DNA of 14,608 nucleotides from Promethearchaeia archaeon (GTDB lineage Archaea; Asgardarchaeota; Lokiarchaeia; Sigyniarchaeales; SOKP01): NCBI GenBank assembly GCA_029856105.1, contig JAHQWH010000219.1, positions 1 to 14,608 of the forward strand, read 5' to 3'. Shown piece by piece: positions 8,879 to 14,608 of this stretch (position 1 is its first letter; each line of letters starts with the position of its first letter). The notes under the pieces were generated by a model. It saw only the letters and a program-made list of their open reading frames with translations, ran no database searches and was not told where the DNA came from. The position numbers and the translations under genes were made by a program.

Positions 8879-9085
8879 TTAAAATAACCATTCAAAAATA
8901 CCTAACCAAGCAAACATTACCATTGTAATTAAACTAACGGCAAAAATTATCGTAGTTATAGGACTTATTTTAATTCCTATTGAGCTATCTTCAAAAAACC
9001 TCATTAAACCCGCTCCACCTAAAGGCATTGGTGCACTTCCACTTCTTCTCTTCTTACGCCTTGATTGACTTTGTCGAGATGACAT
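8879..9085 (-). CDS. secG: Preprotein translocase subunit Sec61beta (archaeal SecG equivalent)
   Basis: Basic N-terminus, signature GAGLMRFFED...IKISP, then a single C-terminal TM helix. Confidence 0.93.
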   Translation of the reverse strand: MSSRQSQSRRKKRRSGSAPMPLGGAGLMRFFEDSSIGIKISPITTIIFAVSLITMVMFAWLGIFEWLF

Positions 9086-9239
9086 TACTTAACCATCGCA
9101 AAAATAATAATTAATTAAATAAAATTAAAACATTAAAAATAATAAGGTTTATCTTGAATTTAAAAAAAAAATATGATAAATTTTTATTAATTGTATTAAT
9201 TATTGTTAGTTAATTTGAGTAAGTGATGGTTAATTTATA

Positions 9240-11120
9240 ATGAAAAAAAAAAAAAAAGTTTTGGTACTAATTAGTTTTCTTTTGTTTATTGTTGTATTTT
9301 CATACTTTCAAAATGATCCTTCATTTAATTATCAAAATCAATCTGAAAACGAAATTCCTCAATTAGCAGGGGATTTAGAAGGAGCAGAAAACATATTAAT
9401 TACTGAATTAAGAAGGTACGGTAATCTAAGCGGATACGGCGTAGTAAATATTGAAGATAAAATGACTATTTTAAATAATAACGACAATCCTATTAATTCA
9501 ATTTATTTTGGAATTCCTATTAAACATTCTGATGATTTAATTTATTTTGAAGCTATGGGTGAAAGCAAGAATTCTCTATTAACAGAAAGATCTAATATAG
9601 TAATGCATGATTTTGAAATGATAGTAATTTATTTTGATTCACCATTATTGCCTTATCAAACGAAAAAAATAAACATACTACAAACTTTTCAAAATCTTAT
9701 TACATACAATGCCTTTTATGATCCGGATCTGGATGTACATCATAATTATACATATCCTATATGGCCAATCTTACCATATAGGGTGGAAGGAGATGTATAT
9801 GCTACGTTCCGCTCCCCAAGCACAGCAGAGAGCCTTTATTTTGAAAGAATAGGATCCACAGGGAACATCGCAGATACAGGGATTATCACATATGATTTAT
9901 CCAAAAGTTTTAAATACGATTATTTAGACCCATTTTTGGAAAATCTTGAAGATAATTTGGAGTTCGTAAACGGTAAAGAGTATATAACCATACTTTTTAG
10001 AGACACAGTCGTAAGATTTTCTCAAATTGAAGTAAGCGAAATTAATCGAGATATTTTAATTTCACCCTGGGGTTTAATTAAAATCAAGGAAGAATTTTTA
10101 ATCACAAATCTAGGTTATTTTGCACAACGTAATCTATTTTTAAATATTCCCGCTGATGCAACTAATATCTATCTATTTGATGATTTGGGCGAATTATCAG
10201 GGACTGTAAGTGATTTTGAGAATTCAAATAGAAAGAAATTAGAGATAAACCTCATTCAAAATCGCGCTTTATTAACCCCATCTTCAGTGATAAAATTCAC
10301 TTTAACATATAACTTACCATTTGAAAAATATATTACAACTAATTGGCTTCAAGAATCGCTTCAGATTGATTTATTAACAACAAAATATGATTATTTAGGG
10401 AAAAAACAAACAATAAATATACTTATTGAAGGATGTGGGAATATTGATTATATATCATCTCCTTCAATTGCTATTAAACAATCGGGAGGATCCAAGATAA
10501 TTGTTTACCATTCTGATTATGTAAGCCCTATAGAAAATAAAATAGTTCTTCTTACCTTCAGTATTGATTTATTTGATTTATTATTAAGACCGATATTAAT
10601 TATCCTCGCAATTGCAGTTATTTCATCTTTATATGTTCTATTAATGAAATCTAGAAAGAGAGAAGAAGATACTTCACTCTTTAAAAAGGAATATATACCT
10701 GTAAGTGAAATAAGAGAATTTTGTTCTTTATATGAAGAGAAAAATGCATTAATATTAGAAATTAGGAAAGCAGAAACCGAAGCAAAACGTAAAAAATTAG
10801 CCAAGAAAACATATAAAAATTTATTAGCCAAAAATACAACAAAAATTGACCAAATAAAAAATGAAATCATACCATTTAAAAAAGTTATAGAAGAGACAAA
10901 TGAAACATTTGGAAATATTCTAAAAAAACTTGATGTCTTGGATACTGAAAGAATTAGTGTTGATGATAGCTTAAACCTTTTAGAGACTCGATATAAACGA
11001 GGAAGATTACCTTCTAAAGCAGCTTATCAAAAATTATCAGATGATTTCTTCAATAGAAGAAAGAAAATCGATAGAACTATAGATCGATATATTCAACAGC
11101 TAAGAAGCTACTTATTATAA
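9240..11120 (+). CDS. Ribophorin I (OST1/RPN1)-like protein
   Basis: Signal/anchor MKKKKKVLVLISFLLFIVVF. Two repeated lumenal modules (ILITELRRYGNLSGYGVVNIEDKMTILN; IEVSEINRDILISPWGLIKIKEEFLITNLG, resembling the RPN1 'R.IEVSHWGNIAVEE' motif), IPADATNIYLFDDLGEL, a TM helix (RPILIILAIAVISSLYVLLM), and a basic helical C-terminal domain. Confidence 0.75.
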   Translation: MKKKKKVLVLISFLLFIVVFSYFQNDPSFNYQNQSENEIPQLAGDLEGAENILITELRRYGNLSGYGVVNIEDKMTILNNNDNPINSIYFGIPIKHSDDLIYFEAMGESKNSLLTERSNIVMHDFEMIVIYFDSPLLPYQTKKINILQTFQNLITYNAFYDPDLDVHHNYTYPIWPILPYRVEGDVYATFRSPSTAESLYFERIGSTGNIADTGIITYDLSKSFKYDYLDPFLENLEDNLEFVNGKEYITILFRDTVVRFSQIEVSEINRDILISPWGLIKIKEEFLITNLGYFAQRNLFLNIPADATNIYLFDDLGELSGTVSDFENSNRKKLEINLIQNRALLTPSSVIKFTLTYNLPFEKYITTNWLQESLQIDLLTTKYDYLGKKQTINILIEGCGNIDYISSPSIAIKQSGGSKIIVYHSDYVSPIENKIVLLTFSIDLFDLLLRPILIILAIAVISSLYVLLMKSRKREEDTSLFKKEYIPVSEIREFCSLYEEKNALILEIRKAETEAKRKKLAKKTYKNLLAKNTTKIDQIKNEIIPFKKVIEETNETFGNILKKLDVLDTERISVDDSLNLLETRYKRGRLPSKAAYQKLSDDFFNRRKKIDRTIDRYIQQLRSYLL

Positions 11121-11143
11121 ATAACATTTAATTTGGTGACTTA

Positions 11144-11767
11144 ATGAAACCGTGGTTGCTTGAAATTTTAGCTTGCCCAATTGACAAGCATTTTCCCTTA
11201 GATTTATATATCTTTTCATATGAAACTAAAGAAGAAGAATTTAAGGAAATCTTAAGTTTTTTTGAGAATAGAGACCTTGATCTTATTAAGAAGGAAAATA
11301 TTATCGAGATTCACGAGGAAAAGGGAAAAATTTATATTCGGGACGATATAGCTATTGAAAAGAGTTTGCTTGATACTTATCTAAATTTAATAATTTCGAG
11401 CATTAAGGAAGTCAACTATATACACGATAAATCGTCATTAAAATTAAGTAAACAATGTTTTAACATTATCAAACACGACATAAAAGATAAAATAACCAAT
11501 TTTTCTAATAGCTTAGAATTTGAACAAATCGAAAATATTCTACCAGAATTATATTTTTTAAATAAAATTAAAATTGAAACTGAAGTCGAAACAGGATTAA
11601 TTTTCTGTTCAGAATGTATGCGATGGTACCCAATCATCGAAACAATACCTCAAATGCTCCCTGATGAATATAGAGACGAAAAAGCAGAGATTCAATTTCT
11701 AAAAACCAATAAAGATTTATTAGATAATGCATTTTTTAAACAAAATTTAAAACCTTTCAACATATAA
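11144..11767 (+). CDS. trm112: Trm112 family methyltransferase activator with large central insertion
   Basis: N-terminal MKPWLLEILACPIDKHFPL and C-terminal EVETGLIFCSECMRWYPIIETIPQMLPDEYR are the two halves of the Trm112 domain; SD GGTGA at 11135-11139. Confidence 0.87.
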   Translation: MKPWLLEILACPIDKHFPLDLYIFSYETKEEEFKEILSFFENRDLDLIKKENIIEIHEEKGKIYIRDDIAIEKSLLDTYLNLIISSIKEVNYIHDKSSLKLSKQCFNIIKHDIKDKITNFSNSLEFEQIENILPELYFLNKIKIETEVETGLIFCSECMRWYPIIETIPQMLPDEYRDEKAEIQFLKTNKDLLDNAFFKQNLKPFNI

Positions 11768-11781
11768 GTAATAAAATGCAT

Positions 11782-11883
11782 AGCCCGGTAGTGTAGTGGA
11801 CAAGCATCTGGGGCCTTGAACCCCGTGACCACGGTTCGAAAACTATCGAGAAAGTTCGAATGTCGAAATTCCGTGCCGGGCTA
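11782..11883 (+). tRNA. trnQ-UUG: tRNA-Gln (anticodon UUG) with a 29-nt intron in the T-loop; CCA not encoded
   Basis: Acceptor AGCCCGG/CCGGGCT with A1-U72 (archaeal tRNA-Gln hallmark) and discriminator A; D-arm GTGT-AGTGGACAA-GCAT; anticodon arm TGGGG-CCTTGAA-CCCCG (TTG at 11816-11818); variable loop TGAC; T-stem CACGG/CCGTG. Removing 11841-11869 restores the T-loop TTCGAAT and a 73-nt tRNA. Confidence 0.9.
11841..11869 (+). other. Non-canonical tRNA intron at position 59/60 (bulge-helix-bulge)
   Basis: Central 4-bp helix TTCG (11835-38)/CGAA (11864-67) with 3-nt bulges AAA (11839-41) and ATT (11868-70), flanked by the T-stem and intron helix AC/GT. Cleavage after the second nt of each bulge yields exactly TTCGAA|T. 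Confidence 0.85.
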
Positions 11884-11985
11884 TTATTTATTTACTTTTT
11901 GTCGAAAAAATAAAAAATTTTATTAGAACAAAATTAAATTTTTGTTGGTATAGATAAACTACTTAAAAAAACTCATCGATCAATA

Positions 11986-13356
11986 ATGATTCGGATAACT
12001 GATTTAAATTGGAGCTTCTTGGAAGTTGTATATTTAATAATAGTCTTTGCTGTGGGATTTACAATTACAATGGCAATTATCCCATATATTATAAAAATAA
12101 TGAAAAGGAAGGGGCACATTGGAATCGATATCCATAAAAACTTAAAAACAGAAGTTGCGGAATCTGGTGGAATTAGTATCGTCATAGGAATTTCATTCGC
12201 ATCAGTGTTTCTAATTATGTTCTTTCCAAGTTTCTTTAACGAAATTTTGATATTTGTTTTAACTGTGATTTTATCAGGGTTAATTGGTTATATTGACGAC
12301 AGAATTAAATTAAGATCGAGATATAAACTATTATTAACAATCTTTACGGGAACCTTGATTTTTCTGGCAAATTTTTTTGGATTTATTAAAATTGACTCCC
12401 CTACAATCCCTTTCATAGGGCAATTAAGATTAACGGTCATTTATCCAATACTTGCACCTATAATTGTTGCAGTATTTGCAAACACAGTGAATATGCTAGA
12501 AGGATATAATGGTGAAGGGTCTGGTACATCCATCATCGCACTATGTTCATTGTTTGTTTGTTCAATAATATGGGATTCCGCAATAGGAGTTTTATTTACC
12601 GTTATCGCTTTAGCAATTCTAATTCCATTTTACTTATATAATAAATTTCCTGCAAAAATCTTTCCTGGAGATGTTGGAACGCTAAGCATTGGCGCTTTGT
12701 TTGCGGGTATTGCTTTGTTTGGATCTCTTGAAGCAGCAGTTTTTTGTGCGCTTTTAATTCATATTTTTAATAGCTTTTATGTTCTATATTCAGTAAAAGG
12801 ATTTTTTGAGAGTAGTGAAATTCTAGAAAATAAGAGCGATATTATTTTGTTAGAAAACGATTTAATAAAAGCATCCGATGAGAAAGAAGCCGCTCTAACT
12901 TTACCAAGATTAATCTTAGCGAAGGGACCTTTAAAGGAACCTAAATTAGTTAAAAACTTTTACATTATTTCAATTATCTGTGGGTTTTTTTCCATAATAA
13001 CAACGTTATTAATGGTTTGGACAATTGGAAATCTGGATTTAATTACGATAGCAATTGTAATCTTTATTTTTGGACTTTTATCTGCAATCTTATTATATAA
13101 GTTTCCTAGAATAAGAGGTGTTGTGATTCTTATGCTAATTTTAATAATTGTTGGTTTTATTTATCTCCTATGTATTGAATTGTTCATTATGCCAATAGAT
13201 TTCGACGATATCAATATTTTAGGCTTATTGATTCTGCCAACTAATATAATAATCTCATTTATTTTAGTTATACCAGGACTATTGCTATGGTACTATATAA
13301 CAGTCAAATATTTTTGGTTTGAAATTAATAAAATGAAAAATGTGCTTAAAAATTAA
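11986..13356 (+). CDS. aglH: UDP-GlcNAc:polyprenol/dolichol-phosphate GlcNAc-1-phosphate transferase (AglH/DPAGT1-like, MraY/WecA superfamily)
   Basis: GIDIHK...VAESGG, GYIDDR, FANTVNMLEGYNG, YNKFPAKIFPGDVG and TLPRLIL; many TM helices plus an extra hydrophobic C-terminal region. Confidence 0.82.
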   Translation: MIRITDLNWSFLEVVYLIIVFAVGFTITMAIIPYIIKIMKRKGHIGIDIHKNLKTEVAESGGISIVIGISFASVFLIMFFPSFFNEILIFVLTVILSGLIGYIDDRIKLRSRYKLLLTIFTGTLIFLANFFGFIKIDSPTIPFIGQLRLTVIYPILAPIIVAVFANTVNMLEGYNGEGSGTSIIALCSLFVCSIIWDSAIGVLFTVIALAILIPFYLYNKFPAKIFPGDVGTLSIGALFAGIALFGSLEAAVFCALLIHIFNSFYVLYSVKGFFESSEILENKSDIILLENDLIKASDEKEAALTLPRLILAKGPLKEPKLVKNFYIISIICGFFSIITTLLMVWTIGNLDLITIAIVIFIFGLLSAILLYKFPRIRGVVILMLILIIVGFIYLLCIELFIMPIDFDDINILGLLILPTNIIISFILVIPGLLLWYYITVKYFWFEINKMKNVLKN

Positions 13357-13370
13357 AAAAGAAAAATATA

Positions 13371-13393
13371 TGGTTTTCTTATAAAAAACACCA
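13371..13393. terminator. Imperfect inverted repeat with adjacent T/A tracts, candidate terminator between aglH and the micro-ORF
   Basis: TGGTTTTCTTATAAAAAACACCA is an imperfect palindrome centred on TTATAA; the minus strand reads TTTTTT tracts just after the micro-ORF stop. Confidence 0.35.
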
Positions 13394-13395
13394 AA

Positions 13396-13425
13396 TTATG
13401 GTACTGCTCCAGCTTGACCAGGCAT
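13396..13425 (-). CDS. Putative 9-aa micro-peptide MPGQAGAVP
   Basis: ATG CCT GGT CAA GCT GGA GCA GTA CCA TAA; 15/30 GC in very AT-rich flanks; A/T at every internal third position; SD-like AGGTGG 5 nt upstream; TATA-like box further upstream. Confidence 0.5.
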   Translation of the reverse strand: MPGQAGAVP

Positions 13426-13430
13426 TTTTT

Positions 13431-13478
13431 CCACCTTATATATTAATTGAGATGTTTTTAACCTATTTCTCTTATAAA
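13431..13478 (-). promoter_or_regulatory. Candidate TATA box and SD for the micro-ORF
   Basis: Minus strand TTTATAAG (13478-13471), then AGGTGG (13436-13431) followed by AAAAA-ATG. Spacing fits a TSS near 13445-13450. Confidence 0.4.
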
Positions 13479-13736
13479 TTTAAATTCTGAATGAAACTAT
13501 ACTTTTATTTCAAAAAGTTTATTTAAACTTCAATAAAAATTAAAAAATGAATTTCTTTTTAAACCTTGTAAAATTGAATTAGCAATCGAAATTACCATAG
13601 CTATTAAAGTTTATATATACTATTTTTGATCCTCAAAATCAGTAAATGTAATTTTTTAATAGATGTAGGAAATAATTTTAAGGAATTCGTATTTAAATAA
13701 AAATAACAATAAAATTAAGACACAAAGGCTTTTCTA

Positions 13737-14608
13737 TTGAAAAAAAAAATAAGATACTCGTTATTTATCCTTTACATTTTTATTTCAATTGGACTATTTT
13801 TTTTATTTCAATTTATATTATTTCAACCAAATTTATACGATACCTTCAGTGATTGGAGTTTTTGGGTAGTTTTCTTTTTGTTTTTAATTACAATAGAAGA
13901 GTTCTATAGATTTTGTAAAAATGGTAAAAGGAGCGAAATGAGCGATTTTGTTGCGCTGCTATTTTTCTTTTTTCTAATTTTCTTCCTTTCGAAAGATGTT
14001 TTGACTTCGATAATGGGTGCTTTTTCGATCTATTTATGGTTTGGAATATTTGAATTGAAAGATTACCCCGTTTTAAATAAGATTTTAATAATTTCTTTGG
14101 CAACTTATAACATTATTTTCATATCGGGAATTATTTCAAATGTAGTAGGAGACCCAATTGTTATTAACACGGCTTTTGCGTTTTCTTTTTGGATCATTCT
14201 TGGATTAGGTTTTATATTATTTGGTAGAAGGTATATTATTATTTGGAGGTTTATGTCGCCCGAGTATTTAACTTTATTTCTGTATGTTATTGCGTGGTTA
14301 GCTATTGTTTTTATAAATCAATATACGCCTCTTAATTTCCTTTCACAGAAGGCTTTCCTTTTTAGCCCTTTTTCCATTTGGGAACTCTTAATGAATGTTT
14401 ATGTGATATTAATAGCAATAAATTGGGTTATTTACTTCCTTTCTGGACCGATTTTAGATTTTATGCTTGGTATAAAACCATTTGAGGATAAAAGGTTATT
14501 GGGTTTAATCAATGAAGTAAAATCAAACATTGGGATAAAAGGAAGGGTAAAAGTTGGTTTTGGAAAATATCCGATCCTAAACGCAATGGCATATGGTTCA
14601 ATTTTTGA
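13737..14608 (+). CDS. M48 (HtpX/Ste24)-like membrane zinc protease with long polytopic N-terminus, 3'-truncated
   Basis: Not in the ORF track. Open from TTG 13737 (in-frame TAA at 13716) to the window end: MKKKIRYSLFILYIFISIGLFFLFQF...GPILDFMLGIKPFEDKRLLGLINEVKSNIGIKGRVKVGFGKYPILNAMAYGSIF. The final helix-strand-NAMAYG segment matches the M48 'NAFA.G' motif; HExxH would lie beyond the window. Confidence 0.72.
   Translation, partial: MKKKIRYSLFILYIFISIGLFFLFQFILFQPNLYDTFSDWSFWVVFFLFLITIEEFYRFCKNGKRSEMSDFVALLFFFFLIFFLSKDVLTSIMGAFSIYLWFGIFELKDYPVLNKILIISLATYNIIFISGIISNVVGDPIVINTAFAFSFWIILGLGFILFGRRYIIIWRFMSPEYLTLFLYVIAWLAIVFINQYTPLNFLSQKAFLFSPFSIWELLMNVYVILIAINWVIYFLSGPILDFMLGIKPFEDKRLLGLINEVKSNIGIKGRVKVGFGKYPILNAMAYGSIF

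Noticed and set aside
11809-11826. Alternative anticodon reading (TGA/Ser or a suppressor) by shifting the loop one base
   Set aside because: The shift destroys the TGGGG/CCCCG stem; A1-U72 and the short variable loop support Gln.
10517-12185. Minus-strand ORFs 10517-10870, 11416-11637 and 11973-12185
   Set aside because: Antisense to the ribophorin, trm112 and aglH genes; hydrophobicity arises from reverse-complemented Lys/Glu codons.
13491-13526. Short + strand ORF MKLYFYFKKFI
   Set aside because: No SD and composition identical to AT-rich background, unlike the MPGQAGAVP ORF.
13888-14103. 71-aa minus-strand ORF
   Set aside because: Antisense to the long M48-like ORF starting at 13737.
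1-14608. CRISPR arrays, IS elements, integrases, long tandem repeats or att duplication of the tRNA 3' end
   Set aside because: None seen by eye; no transposase or integrase motifs and no second copy of the tRNA 3' end in the window.

Overview
AT-rich archaeal window, most likely Asgard/Lokiarchaeia. This taxonomy is inferred from the combination of a roadblock protein, a ribophorin-I-like protein, Sec61beta, type II MetAP, a DPAGT1/AglH-type enzyme and an A1-U72 tRNA-Gln with a BHB intron. Genes left to right: partial polytopic membrane protein (-, missing from the ORF track), membrane-anchored penicillin-acylase-family Ntn hydrolase, small membrane protein, roadblock/LC7 protein, MetAP2, GT4 glycosyltransferase, DUF354 GT-B protein, hexapeptide acyltransferase, MazG-like pyrophosphohydrolase, Sec61beta, ribophorin I homolog, long Trm112, tRNA-Gln(UUG), GlcNAc-1-P transferase, and a partial M48-like membrane protease (+, missing from the ORF track). 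Much of the window looks like a translocation/N-glycosylation/nascent-chain processing neighbourhood. Most unusual signals: (i) a GC-rich 9-codon micro-ORF (MPGQAGAVP, 13396-13425, -) with its own SD, TATA-like box and T-rich terminator, divergent from the M48 protease gene; (ii) a 29-nt BHB intron in the T-loop (59/60) of tRNA-Gln that carries a copy of the spliced junction, plus a non-canonical C33; (iii) head-to-head Sec61beta and ribophorin I, the latter with a cytosolic helical tail and an A15 tract right after its ATG. All assignments are by eye, without database searches.
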